Positions 12,401 through 27,400 of a stretch of DNA of 64,000 nucleotides are shown here, one piece after another (position 1 is the first letter of the stretch; each line of letters opens with the position of its first letter). The stretch is from Okamejei kenojei (lineage: Eukaryota). The position numbers and the translations under genes are program-made. The notes beneath the pieces are model-generated. The model did not search any database. It was given only the letters and a program-made list of their open reading frames with translations, and was not told the DNA's origin. The stretch spans positions 12,152,001 through 12,216,000 of the forward strand of contig CM069147.1 in NCBI GenBank assembly GCA_035221665.1, written 5' to 3'.

Positions 12401-15400
12401 CTCACAGAGAGTGGTGAGTCTGTGGAATTCTCTGCCTCAGAAGGCGGTGGAGGCAGGTTCTCTGGATGCTTTCAAGAGAGAGCTAGATAGGGCTCTTAAA
12501 AATAGCGGAGTCAGGGGATAAGGGGAGAAGGCAGGAACTGGGTACTGATTGGGGATGATCGGCCATGATCACATTGAATGGCTCGAAGGGCCGAATGGCC
12601 TACTCCTGCACCTATTGTCTATTGTCTATTGAAAAAACATACTTTTAAAATTAAATAATTAAATATTTCCAGTTATTAATTAAATTAAATTTTGTGCATG
12701 AAATATATATTTCCTGGCACATAATGTTTTCAGGATGGTCCCTGGTGAGACTAGATATTTGCAGTTTTATTCATTGTATTAACCAGCATATTATTGGCAA
12801 CATCTCCACCTCCGAGTTCAGCATATCACAAACATTCAGATATATTTAAACCGTTTGATGATAATACAACTATCCGTATAAACTAACATGGTTCAAATCT
12901 ATTCTGTAGTCTTATCGAATTAACCCACTTTTCTTGGGGGCCTGGCGGACTTGCAGATGTGAATGTGCACAGGTGAACTCTTGTGACTCATTCTACATTG
13001 AATGTGTCTAAATTGGTAAATATTAGCAAAGTCAATGGTATTCGTAACTGTTTTGATGCTATAGCAGTTAGCCGACTCATTAAACATTGTTTTTTTTGTT
13101 CTGAAATTCATCATTAATAGTCAGTGTTTACTTGATCTAACATAATAAATCTTGCACTCACAAAAGTCCTCTTTCAGTATAAAAATGTGCTATATATATA
13201 CATTTTTCAATACAATAAAGATGGCACATCCAAACAACGTAGTTAAGGCCATACAAGCTCTGTGGCCATTTTACCTGATAAATAACCAGCTGGTCATTAG
13301 CTTCTTGAGGGGACAATGCAAGCTGCATAGGTCCTTCCTAATGAAAACAAGACACAACAGATTTGACTGAACAACAATGAAGAAAAGCAACACATATAAA
13401 CCAATAAATTACCTTGGCAGCTATAAGAAATGATGGAACATCCTGCTTCAACTTCCACCGTGCACTTCAATTGAAACATCAAATTTGTTCATTTTTCTCT
13501 GTTCGTTTGACTTTGTCAGATGCTGCCTGACATACAAATATTTCTAACACTTTATGTTTTAATTTCAGATTTTGCTTTGGCAATCTGAGGGCATGGGTTT
13601 TCACATATTCAGTAAGAGATGGGTCGCCTATACCATTTATATATTATCCAACCTATCCTACTTATTTCGCTTATTCTACATACTGAACTTTTGTTTATTA
13701 TGGGTTTTAGAGAGTACTGTGTTTACATCACTGTTGTGCTGCAGCAAGTAATACGTTGTTTCAGGACATATGGCAATAAAGCACTGTTGACTCTCTTGAC
13801 AAAGCATAGGGTGATGTCACTGCAGGTGAACAACCGATTGATTTAAGGAACCCTGTGTCAATTAAATTCAGCGTGCATGAGAATCTGTTAATATTAAATG
13901 ACTGTTGCCTACATCATCTCTGCAAACACGGCCTGAAGATCTACAAATAAATCGGCAAGACATCTGAATCAGTTCAATGTTACTTCGACTTGAGTCCATC
14001 AAGCTGGAGTCAGATCAGTATTTGTACACAAATCACTTAATCTTAAAGATATACAAAACTAGGAAAGGCCAATCCAAGTCGTGATTTAAAATATATTTTG
14101 AAGTTCTTAATACAATACCTTTTCATAGTCTTGGAAGAAAGTATCAGAATCTTCTAAAAAAGTTTTCATATTGATGATCAGTTCAGCACGGAATGAAGGT
14201 TGTAAAGAAATTAGCTGATTCTGTACTGCTGTTCCATGCATGAGAAGCTTTTCCCAGGTATATCGCAATGTATCCACTCTGTCAGAATCCTCCTTAACAA
14301 TTTGCATCTCATATTTATTCAGCATGGCAAAGAATTCCTGCGAAATTTAAAAAAAAATGAAAGCCAATAAAGGAACATTTTTTTTGTTATCAATGCAAAT
14401 ATCATTTATTTTTCCTGTGGTTTCATTTTTCTTCCGAATTTCTCACAAACAACCAAAGCTCTTTCAAAGATAGACACAAAGTGCTGGAATAACTCAGCGG
14501 GTCAAGCAGCATCTCTGGAGAAAAATGATCGGTGACGTTTCGGGTCGGGACCCTTCTTCAGACTAAAAGTAGGGGGAGGGGGGAGGAAAGGTTGGAGGCG
14601 AGAAAAGACAGATGTGGCAGGGCGTGGCTGATGTGGCAGGGAGGAGGGTCATTTGTGATATGACCTGCTCCTTCTGCCATGTTTACAGGGCTTCTGTGAG
14701 CTCCAGGTACATGACCTCATGTTCTTCAATGCAATCCGGAATACTGCCCTCTCCGTTTGGAGTAGTCAATGGGTCAGAAGCTCTCATTGATCTATGGGGA
14801 CATTGCTGACCTCTTTAAACTTTGAACACATGGTTAAATATTTATCTACATTTGCCTGGTAACCTCCCTGCAAGACAGAGTGCAGAATACAGTGTCTATT
14901 CTGAGAGTATGGTGTCAGGCGTGTGAACAATGAGGCCAGTCCATCATCTGGTATCTTTCTCTTTGCTCTGCCTTTTGTATTTGTGTAAGGCTTGATTGTA
15001 TTCATTTACAGTGAATGAATAAATGAGTGAATGAATGAATGAATGAACGCCCCTGGTGGTCAGCAGGCCCATGACCACCAGGGGTGCTGGGGAGATGGCA
15101 GCCCTGCCGGCAGTCTGTTCGTTTTTTCATCTTTTGTGATTTTTAGCGTCTGTTAAGAGTTTGTTTTAAAGTACTTTGGTTTGTTTTATGTGGGGGGGGG
15201 GGGGGGGGGGGGGCGGGATCGGGGAAACTTATTTTCAGGTTCTTACCTTCCCGGAGATGTGATCAATTTTCGGATCACATTCTCCGGGCTCTGCAGCCTA
15301 CCATCAATGGAGCTGGGAGCCGCCTCGGACTGTGGTGAGCCCCACCGCGGGGCGCGGACTTAACATTAGAGCGAATCCCTTGCCTGGGATCGCTCCCACG

Positions 15401-18400
15401 GCGGCCTGCGGACTTACCATCAAGGGCTCGCAGTCTCGGGAGAGGCTGAGTCGGGAGCTCCAATGCCGCAGAAGGTTCGACCAGCCCCGACGCAAGGTTC
15501 GACCGCCCGTCGCGGGGGCGCTGACATCCCCCTGATGCAGGAGCTGAACGCCTCGATGCGGAGGACCCAAACGCCGCAGGCTACGGGAGTCAAGATTGTC
15601 CCGTCAACGGGGGCTCGAGGCCCACGACAGAGGAAGAACTAAGGAACTTTATTTCGCCTTCCATCACAGTGAGGAAGGTGTAGGAGTCACTGTGGTGGAT
15701 GTTCATGTTAAAATGTGTTTTTAAGTGATTTGTTGCTTTTAATTGTGTGACTGACCTGGCCAATGAAATTCCTCGTATGTTGCAAAACATACTTGGCGAA
15801 TAAAGTGTGATTCTGATTCTGAATACTTTATTTTCTGATATTACCTGATTTGATTGGATACCACACAAAAGCTTTTCGCTGTATCTCTGTACATGTGACA
15901 ATAGTAGACCAATACCATGGTCTGAGTGTAACTCGGACCTCAATACTGAGCAGAATGGTCTCGGAGAAGACACAGACATTGGTTTGTTTACCCTTCCTAT
16001 GAATTAGGGGACATTTCAAAGAAACATTGGTAGAAATGTTCTGATGACTCAAAAGGAGTAAGTCAATGCTGCAAACAGAATATTTTTCTGAAGTTTTATC
16101 GTTACTTTCAATACAAAATATCTTAAAGTCAAGTACAGTCAAATTCTGATAATCCATTTCTGGCTGACTAATTGTGAGTTCAGCACCTGCATCACTCATT
16201 AGTATCCTAAGTCCTTGCTACAGTATCTGCAAACTTGCTATCAGCAGGCCCATGTACTCTCGAAAGTTGGCTGTATGTTACAAGGAATGTATGCGAGGTG
16301 TGCAGTCATAGCTGAGGATGGTGTCATAAACATTGGTCGAATTATGGCCAGAACTGGATTTCAGTTGTGCAGCCAGAGTCTGGGTTGAGAGTGCTTGTGG
16401 AAAGGATGAAGTTTATATAAGTTTATATGTTTTAAGTTTATATAAAAGTTGAAACTCGTTGAGTTCTGTTTCTATGGTAGACAAAAATGCTGGAGAAACT
16501 CAGCGGGTGAGGCAGCATCTACGGAGCACTGGAATAGGCGATGTTTCGGGTCGAGACCCTTCTTCAGACTAATGGGGGATGGTGGGCGGGAAAATGTGGC
16601 GGGAGGGCGCTATTTTTTCCGTCCCCCCCCCCACCCACATCACTGAAGTAGGGTCCCTACCCGAAACATCGCCTATTCCTTCGCTCCATCGTTGCTGCCT
16701 CACCCACTGAGTTCCTCCAGCATTTTTGTCTACCTTCGATTTTTCCAGCATCTGCGGTTCTTTCTTAAAGAGTTCTGTTTCTATGCTCCCTTTAAACTTA
16801 CCAGGGGCATTTCTTGTTCATTTGAAGTCCACAGGAAAACATACTATAGTACTGTATAACATATAAAGAAAGTGATGACCACAACGCTCCAATATTTCAG
16901 AGTAAGATCCAATTGTCTGAAAATGTATTATCCCAGCACCACCAAGGTCCGAAGATTGCCAGATTGTCACCCAGAGTCTTACTATATAAGCATCTGTTCA
17001 TTGTAAGGTAAACTGTAGCAGTGTCTAAACCCCACACATTGGACAATTGCAACTCTTCTATCCCCACCCTTTCCAACCATTCATATTACTTCTCAATAAG
17101 GTGGAAAAGTCCCCACAACGTTGGACAATTCAGTGGGAACACCAGCATCACTCTAAAGACGTTTGAATTCCCCAAATTCTTTCACAAAACACTCTCTGGT
17201 CAATTCATTTTCTACCACAGTGATACTGTGTCACAGCGATGAAAATACTTGATGATATTGCAAAGTTCAGTATCGCTGTTATCTAAAATAAGTAATAAAC
17301 ATTGAAAAAAAATTGTAATAAAATCCAGAAATATTCCTACCTCAATGGGTCCAATTTGTAAATCAATCTCAATCTGTTTTTCTCGTATCTCTTTCAAAGA
17401 GCTTACAATTATTCTAATATCATCCAGATCATTGAACGGACGATTTAATTTCCTTGAAGTCTCTTCTATGAAGATCAAGATATTTTCCAGATTTGTCCTA
17501 TATTTTTCATTGCAGATTTGAGAAAACCCAATCATCCAAGCTCTGCATTCTTCCATCAAGGCTATCTTCATATCATCTGTTCAACAATATATATATTTTA
17601 GTCAACCCCTCTGAATACTTATGACAAAGAGTCTCTGTGTCATATATCATTAGCCACAAAATAAAAAATATTGTTAATATTTTCTAAGATGCAAGGTTGT
17701 GTCAACAGCTCAGTAAACATTTAGGGGCTCATTGCCGGTAGCAAATTTATATTAGACAAGAACATATATACAACCTGCATAAGTAAATGAAATGTACAGA
17801 GCAACACCAGTTGTTTAACAAGTTCTCGATTATTACTTTAGCTAATATTTTTAATTTATTAAAGTTATTTTACCTTTCCAAAAGTCATACAAGTTTAACC
17901 TTGTAGAGAAAGTTCTGAAAATATACCTGCATACAGTGCAAAAGGACACATATAAATGACTCTGGGTTCAGCTTGAACTTGGACCTGCAGATTGCGGTAA
18001 AACTTGATTTGGAACTCAATTTCGGAGATTAAGGGGATTCCCTTCATAAACTTCTTCAGAGTTGTTTCACGGTCATTTTTCCAGATATGACAGTAGCTGA
18101 TCAACTTTTCCAAAACTTCTTGCAGGTCCTAGGACAAGAACACACAAAGCTTTAATTATCCTGGAAAGATTTCATGCTTTTACTAATTGTATAGAATCAA
18201 GGAATGATGCCACACTGAAGGTTCCACTGTGTTTGTGCTGGCTCTTTGAAAGTTCTGTCCACCACCTTTTCAAGCTATGCAGTCCAGACTGTGTCTACCT
18301 TCGATTTAAACCAGCAACTGCCGTTCTTTCCTACACATAACTTACTGGATACTGTTTTCACCCTCTAAATAAATAATATAAAATATATAACTAGATTGCA

Positions 18401-21400
18401 CATAAAGAACACATAAACCAGAATAAAGTCATAGTCATACAGCATGGAAACAGGCCCTTCGGACCAACATGCCCCATCTCCACTAGTCCCACCTACCTGC
18501 GTTTGGCACATATCCCTCTAAACCTATCCTATCAATGTACCTGTCTAAATGTTTCTGGAGCATTGCGATAGTACCTGCCTCAACTACCTCCTCCAGCAAC
18601 TTGTTCCATGCACCCACCACACTTTGTGTAAAAATGTTACCCCTCAGGTTCCCATTAAATCCTTCTCCCCTCATCTTAAATCTATGTCATAGATACATAG
18701 AAAAGTAGGCCATTTGGCCCTTCGAACCAGCACCGCCATTCAATATGATCATGGCTGATCATCCAAAATCAGTACCCTGTTCCTGCTTTTTCCCCATATC
18801 CCTTGATTCTTTTACCCCTAAGAGCTAAATCTAACTCTCTCTTGAAAACTGGTTCTCTGGTTCTCAATTCCCCTTCTCTGGGCAAAAGACTGAATTTACT
18901 CAATCTATTCCCCTGTGATTTTGTATTCTAAATGCTGCTGATGATTATGCAAAATATTTCAAATCCGTTGAGTATTTGAGCTGTGTGTGAAATGGCCCAG
19001 ATGAACAAATCCAGAAGAAGGGTCTCGACCAAAAACGTCACCTTTTCCTTTTCTCCCGAGATGCTACCTGACCCGCTGAGTTACTCCAGCTTTTTGTGTC
19101 TATCTTCCGATTTTTCCTATTTTGTTCTGAAACCACCTGTTTTTTATCCCCCTTATCCTTGCTTCCAGGTGCTAGAGCCTTTCCTTCCCTAATGAATGGC
19201 AAGGTTAATAATAATCTACTGTGAGGCAATCAGGCAGACTCTCTTTAATGCCTGTTTCATTACTGTGCTGCGCTCCATTCATTTTGGTCACAATCTGATG
19301 AAAGTCACCACTGGGAATTCAAGCACAAGCACTGGAAATAATATCACTGCCATAAAATGTTTCAGAAATGGTAAATGAAACACGTGTTCAAGCTAGTGAA
19401 ATGGCACAATAGTATCAGCTATCTTACAAATATATGAATTACCTGTTCCTCCACACAGAAACGATGCTCGACTATAAAATTAAAATTCAGACCAGCACTT
19501 GACATGACCCCACAACCAGTCTGAACCTGATTGGAGTCTGAGGAATCGTCTTTTTTTTCATATCCCATCTCAGCCTGGAGATACAGCAAGCGTCAATGCC
19601 CTCATCGGCATTGCAGGGCCTCGATATATTCTTTGCTAATAAATAATAGTGTATTTGTTTATTTATTTATAAAATTGCCACATTTATTTATAGAGTTAAT
19701 TTATTTATAAAGAGTTGGCTAAGCCCAATATACTTGAGTCTGACGACTCTTTCATAGGTAACTCGACCTGAACCCAACAGGGAGTCTCTGGTCTGCAGCA
19801 AATTTTTGGGTGATCTGGTGATCTGGTTCTGGATGATCAGCCGTGATCATATTGAATGGCGTTGCTGGCTCGAAGGGCCGAATGGCCTACTCCTCCACCA
19901 ATTTCTATGTTTCTAAGTTTCTGTTTTCCACCATTCTAAAAGACTTATTAACCACAATGTTTCACGGCAATAAGACAAAGACAAGACAAAAACATGTTTA
20001 AGCATTGGTGTAAAATTAACTGAGTTCAGACTCATTAGCTTACCTTTCTAAGTGAGATGATGGATGATGAAATAACAGAAACCAGTTTAACTACCTCTTT
20101 ATTTTCTGAAATTATTTTGTAGTAATTATTAGTCTGGGTGTGGACAGCAACAGTATCTGCAGCTGAAATGAAGACGGTATACTTCAACCGTGCTTTAATG
20201 GAAAAACATTTAGGTCTATATTAGTGTTCATGTAAGAGAAACACAGTAAATGAGTATCTTTCAAATAGAGCCGTAATGTGAATTTAGCATTAACTAATTT
20301 ATCAGAACAATAGAGCATGCAATTTCCCCCCCAACATACTTTGCTGCTCTCTCCTTCCGCTTCACAACGGCACTCTACAATACACCAAAAAAGATGCTTT
20401 CACCTTTTCTATAGATATTATTTGTGTCCCGCATTACAGGTCAATTTTTTCCTCTTTCACAAAGGCGCCTTCAATTTTACAGGTTTCCCTTCAATCCCTT
20501 CAAACTACAGACAAACTGCAGCCAAATTTCTGTCCATTCCACTTTGGGGTGAAAGCTCTCTTTAAGAGAATGTGTGGCAAATTAAAGCTGATGACCTTCG
20601 GAGAGGTACATTGAGCACACACATTATCCACAAGTGTGGGTGCACATATATATTACTCATATATGGGAAATGGTTCAAGTGGTGTGGAAGAAAGGATCCA
20701 AGGCTCTGCTTGCCTTTCCCAACCCTCTATGCCATTGATCTTTCTACTTACATGGTTATTTCCCTAACACATTAAATATCCAATTCCTTTCTTCCTCCAA
20801 AGATCTAATTGCTTCACAAACAAATGTACTCAGTTTCAGAGAGACATTTAATCAGACATGTGTGCAGTTTTGGTCCCCTAATTTGAGGAAGAACATTCTT
20901 GCTATTAAGGGAGTGCAGCATAGGTTTACAAGGTTAATTCCCGGGATGGCGGGACTGTCATATGCTGAGAGAATGGAGCAGCTGGGCTTGTACACTCTGG
21001 AGTTTAGAAGGATGAGAGTTGATCTCACTGAAAAATTGTTAAGGGGTTGGACACGCTAGAGGCAGGAAACATGTTCCCGATGTTGGGGGAGTCTAGAACC
21101 AGGGGCCACAGTTTAAGAATAAGGAGTAAGCCATTTAGAACGGAGACAAGGAAACACTTTTTCTCACAGAGAGTGGTGAGTCTGTGGAATTCTCTGCCTC
21201 AGAGGGTGGTGGAGACTGGATGCTTTCAAGAGAGAGCTAGATAGGGCTCTTTAAAATAGCAGAGTCAGGGGATATGGGGTGAAGGCAGGAACGAGGTACT
21301 GATTGGGGATGATCAGCCATGATCACATTGAATGGCGGTGCTGGCTCGAAGGGCCAAATGGCCTCCTCCTGCACCTATTGTCTATTGTCTATTGTCAGTT

Positions 21401-24400
21401 CCAGTCCTGTCATGAAATATTTGACCCAAAGCATTAACAATGTTCTTCTTTCCACAGATGTTGCCCGACCTGCTGAGTGTTTCCTGCGTTTTCTGCTTTT
21501 GTTTCAGTTCTATAGTACACTTCCACTCTTTCTGCATCCAAATGCACATTCAGCTCTGGTTCATATGCACATCCCTCACACACAGGTACATGTCCCATTC
21601 TTGATGCTTCTCTAAATTTCAGCCCTGATTTCAGCCGATACTATTGCTTCCGATGAGACTCTGCAATGCATATTGCTCGTCAGCCTCACAATGCTGAGTT
21701 TTGCATGTACAGATATCCCTCCCCTCCACCTCCTTTTACATTCAACCACAGACCAAACTGCACCTAAATCTCTGTCCACTCATGTGGAAGAGAGTAAACA
21801 TTTCTCAGCAGCTTTGCCCCATCTGTCATCCGAGGCTTCATCCCAGTTGGCAGCAAGGGAAGTCCAATCAGTTTTAAATGTTAAATGTCATCTGCAATCA
21901 GATGCAAATTACCATGAAAATCAGGAATTCAATGCACATCATGCACAAAGTTCATTCCCAAAATTAAATGACAGCTTCCAGCACAAGCTGGACCTATAAC
22001 CTTGAGTGAGAAAAAGCATTTGAAAAAACAAGTCAACAGATTTCTCCCAGTCTTGTGTTAACAAATTAATTACATTCATACTTGGATACATAACTTGCTT
22101 AATCTGCTTGGTGCATATATCTAACATGTGGTAGAAATTACCTGAACCATTGGCTTCACCAGGATCTACATGAACATTAATGAGAGGGTCAATCTGTGTA
22201 TCATTTGCTCGGAGTTCAGCAATTCCCTGGGCATTATTTTTTATCTGTTAGTGAAATGAACAATATTTGTTTCAATCTTCACAATAATTTTGTTTCACGA
22301 ATGTTTGACATCATATTTGTTCCGGCAAGTTAAGAGGCACAGTGTTCCGGAGAATTTGCTCTTATCACATTAAGAAATTAGTTATCTCAAACATTCTATC
22401 TTCAGGTCATGAGGTCATAGGTAATTAGAGCAGAATTAGGCCATTTGGCTCATCAAGTCAACTCTGCCATTCAATCATGGCTGATCTATCTCTAACTCCT
22501 AACGCCATTCTCCTGCCTTCTCGCCATTATCCCAAACACCCGTAATAATAAAGAATCTATCTTTAAAAATATCCATTGACTTGGCCTCCACAGCTTTCTG
22601 CGGCAAAAAATTCCACAGATTCACCACCCTCTGACTAAAGAAATTCCTCCTCATCTCCTTTCTAAAGGAACATCCTTTAATTCTGAGGCTATGACCGCTA
22701 GTGGAAACATCCTCATCACCATTCACAGCCCATCTGTGTCCGAATTTACATCATTGAACTCTCAAAGCACAATTTGAAGTTCATAATTATTCACTTCAAA
22801 AAATGTTAGTGACAGTTATAAAAAAGTGTGAATAAAAAATGCAATTCAAGCATCTTCAATAGAAAATATCATAGTTTACAACAAATTCCAATTTTATGTT
22901 GCATTGTCCAACTTAATTGCATGTTAGCCAAAGATTAGGAGACTTATAATACATACGTTTGTCATTCTTTTCTTTCCCCATACAGACAACCCTCTGGAAA
23001 CATTGATAATGCAGTCACAAACTCTATTCAAAGTATTCTGGGCTTCTTCCAGACTGGGATGCAGCTCAATGTTAGGAATGGCAAAGCAAATGTCAGCATG
23101 GAGAATTGCTTGTGAGGTTTGCATTTGAAAGCTAGCATCAGCATCTAAGGAAAGAAAACCAACCAAATCAGATTTCCACAGACTTGATTACAATTTTAGA
23201 TGTAGACATACAGCGTGGAAACAGGTCCTTAGGCCCATCGAGTCTGCACCGACCAGCGATTACCCCATACACTAACACGCTTGGGACATTTTACAATTTT
23301 TACCAAAGCCAATTAACCTACAAGTCTGCACGTTTTTGCAATGTTGTAGGAAACCAGAGCATCCAGAGAAAGGCCCTGTGGTCACAAGGAGAATATACAA
23401 ACTCTGTATTGACAGCACCTGTAGTCAGGTATGATCCGGGGTCTCTGGCGCTGTAAGGCAGCAACTCTACCACTGCGTCACTCTGCTGCACTACTTGATA
23501 GACTAGTTTCATTCAATCTTATTTTCAATGAGAATCAAAGCAGTAAACTCAGACTGCTAGTTGGTATTATTGAAATCAAATTCAATAATACCGATTAAAT
23601 CTTCACTTTTGCCCATGTAATTATTAGTCTATAACATCTCTATTGGAAAGCATGGAAATAAGCCCTTCTGCCCATCAAGTTCATGCCAACCATCGATCGC
23701 CCATTCATACTAGTTTCATGTTATCCCGTTTTCTCTTCCACTCCCTTCACAGTAAAGGTAATTTACAGAGATTGAACCCTGGTCTCTGCTGCTGCAAGAC
23801 AGCAGCTCTACCAGTTGCTCCTCCGTGTAGCCCTTAAGCATCTATGCAAATAACCTATTTTAAACAGTAATTTACATATCTCTAATAAATCCAAAGGTCG
23901 ACTTTATATTGTTAAAATGAATGTTATTTTTGTTATTTGGTCCGCCATCAAAATTAGTTCAAATATGGCAGGCGCAAGTGGCCAAAATATACCATCAATA
24001 TAATTATTGCTAAAATCTATATCACATAATTTCCTTAAAAGTTGCTAAAACCATCATTCATTGCAATGTTCTTAACCATCAAATTAAGGGAAGGCTGTAT
24101 AACACATTATCGCTTCCGACAGCTTCCTAACCATTTGTAATAAGCACACTTCAAAGAGGAGGCAATTTTCCTCACCTCCAAATTGAGCACACGTAAAGTT
24201 CTCTGTCCAGAGTCATACAGCACAGAAACAGGCCTTTGGTCCAACTTGCCCATGCTGACCAAGACGCCCCATCTAGGCCTGTTGCACCTGCCTGTGTTTG
24301 ACCGATATCCTTCACAATCTTTGCTATCCATCAGAGAGCCAGAGAAATCCACAAGCTGAAGATGATTTAATGATAGTCAAGAATGGTTTCAAACTATCAG

Positions 24401-27400
24401 TCAACTATCAGTCTTTACTTATATTCAAATCTAGCACTTCCTCCAACTGCTTTGAATGTCAGTCCCAGATTAGTTTAAGAATTTTGGATAGGTATCTTTA
24501 ATGCCACACTTTCCATCGCACTAATTCAGCCTTTAGTTTTACAGTACGAGTTAAAGAATGCTTATGTAACTGAACTATTCACATGAAAAAATAATGATAC
24601 CCTATCAACCGACAAGAGAATAATGTTGGGCATTATCAAACAAAATCAATGGACCTCAGATTCATACCCTGATAAAGAAGTGTGGATGAGTTCTGCATGC
24701 GTTTTCTCAGCTTCTCCAGGGCATTGCGGATAACCTTAATGAGAGCTTCCATGTTACAATGGCTGAAATGGTTGAGTAATTCTCTTGCTTCGTGCTTCAG
24801 AAAATTGGGGTCTTGTAGACATTTTGCGGCCGTGGTTGAACGAGCATCAGGAGAGGTGATTGCACTGGATTGTATAGATGCTTTTGTTCCTTTATTGTCT
24901 GTCATAAAAGGCAATATTTTGCAATTAACACCAGTTAAATCAATACAACTCTTCTAACCTGAAGATAGAAGATTAAAGTTTCTATGGAATGAACTCTAAA
25001 TCTCATATTTATCATTAATAGGAAAATTAAAATCACAGTAAATTGTCCTGTATCCTTCCAAAGCAATCAAAAGCTACAAAACATCAGATGTCATCCTTCA
25101 TCCATATACATAATTTGGCGTACTTTTCCAGTTGAGTCCCTGCATGTGAATTTCATTACTGGGATTGTGGCATTATTATAATTATTAGCAAATTCCCTGC
25201 AAAATAATAAGCATCAAAAATTATTTTATTCAATATATTTAGTAAATTATGTCAAAATGGTACAATTAAAGTTAAACAAAGTTTATAAAATTCGATATGA
25301 ATAGCTATTGGAAAGGTTTGGTAGATTCCTTATGTCAAAGCATACTATCAAATAACATTACTTCCATTAAAGTATAATTTGTATCAGAAGAACGACTTTG
25401 TATTCAACCCAAATTCCTATAATGATGATCCATTAACTTCATCAAGAGTAAGGAGGGGAGGAGTTATTCATAAATGACTGCAACCAACTTATGCACCAAT
25501 GCAGCTACAAATTATTTTTTATATTTATATTAAAATATAAATGAGTATAAGTAATGTAAGTAACAGAAGGCAGTGGAGGCTAATTCACTGGATGTTTTTA
25601 AGAGAGAGCTATATTTAGCTCTTAGGCCTAACGGAATCAATGGATATGGGGGAAAAGCAGAAAAGGGGTACTGATTTTGGATGAACAGCCATGGTCATAT
25701 TGAATGCTGGCTCGAAGGGCCAATGGCCTACTCCTGCACCTATTTTCTATGTTTCGAAGTATTAAAATATGAAATTATGAAATGTAAGTTTTAATATCCA
25801 TGAGGAGAACAGGTATAATGTTCTTTCCAGTTTTTCTGTACCTTCTATGTCATTTTCATCATCTGAATCCACATCGTAAAGCATTTTAATGAGTTCATTC
25901 ACTGCTGCTTCCACCATCATACTTTTACATTGCAATGTCTGAGCTCCTTTGGTGCAAATATCCTGTTAGAGAATAGATTGTGCTTGATAATGAAGGTAGT
26001 TTTGTTTATTTTTCAAAAATAACTTTTCATACTGTTGTATATATGCATGCACCAAAGTTAACAATGATAAAATAAAGTGGAAAAAAAGAGAAAATGGATG
26101 CATAGACTAATTTCCACAATAGTCACCAAAACACTATTTCTCTTCAACAAATACTGGGGCTCTCCTATGACTCTTCTGTAACTCTGCTTTTTTATACACC
26201 CCCCATCTTCACCCTTCTCACACTAGAGGATGAGCTTTAGACCAGTAATACACACATTCCAACAATTCCTCTTTCTATATCTCTGCTTCTTCTCTTTCTG
26301 TAAGATCCAGCAATCAATTATTCCCGTGGTTCCTTCTTTTTGACTCATTCCTAAGAATGTTTTGGGTTTTTTGGCTCTTTATCGTTTAAGTTCAAGTTGT
26401 TATCATGATTTAACTTGCAGATTCAATTGGATTTTTCCGGAAATTCTGAAGTAGGTTGGAATGCCTGTTGCTGTAAATATTCAAATCAGCCACTTTATGA
26501 AAGTTAATCGCCACAGACATAGACATCCTGTGAGAATTAATCATTCATAAAGAGGCAATGGTGGGCCTATTTTCTTCATGGCCATTGTTTGCAACAGAAA
26601 ATTTCAAAGGACATTAGCAATGCAAGAGAAAGCCCAAGAGAAATTGGCTTAAGAGGACAAGGAGAAATAATTACAACTTTGAATGGTTCAAATCTAAAAT
26701 TGAAAGTGGAATGCAAGAACTTTAGGAATGACAAATGGAGTTAATTCAGATAAGAGTGCGGAGTTGTCATTTGGGAAGCCATACCAGGGAAGAAACTTCA
26801 CAGTGAACAGTATGGCCCTGGGGAGAGTTGTAGAGCAGAGGGATCAATAGTTCAACAGGTACATAGTTCCATGAAAGTGACCTCGCAGGTAGGTAGGTTG
26901 GCGAAGAAGCCCCATCATTACTCTCACTTAAAATGTACTTGTGTGTTAATTTCCAATTTTGGTTTTGCTTATGAAAAATAGTATGATATTCAAATGTATT
27001 TGACAGCACTATAAACTGCCATCTATACGTATTGGAAATGGAGAATAGAATATTTTTACCCTTCATGTTGCATTTTAATATATAGCTTTTCTAGATTTAA
27101 AAAACATCCAGTTCATTTTCCTTCAAACTTATTAAAGGTCACTAAAATAAGAGCTCTTTGGTTAAGATTGAGAATACACCCAACAGCAAGATTGTTTTTC
27201 TATTTTGTTGATGATAAATGGGCAACACTGATGTGCAATTTTACAACTAGAACAATCTAGTTCTATCAGGAACATGGATGGAAATCCGAGGAGTGAGGGG
27301 GTCACATCCCTCCCATGTTTTGAGAGGTGGGGGACAATCCTCCCATGTTTTGTAATCCGGATTTTGAAATTCGGCAAAAAAAAATCTATTAAAATCTCCG

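Noticed and set aside
24899-24960. Upstream acceptor (tcttcag at ~24959) for the 231-nt exon
   Set aside because: Phase-1 entry gives an immediate TAG; the tgacag acceptor at 24899-24900 keeps the frame.
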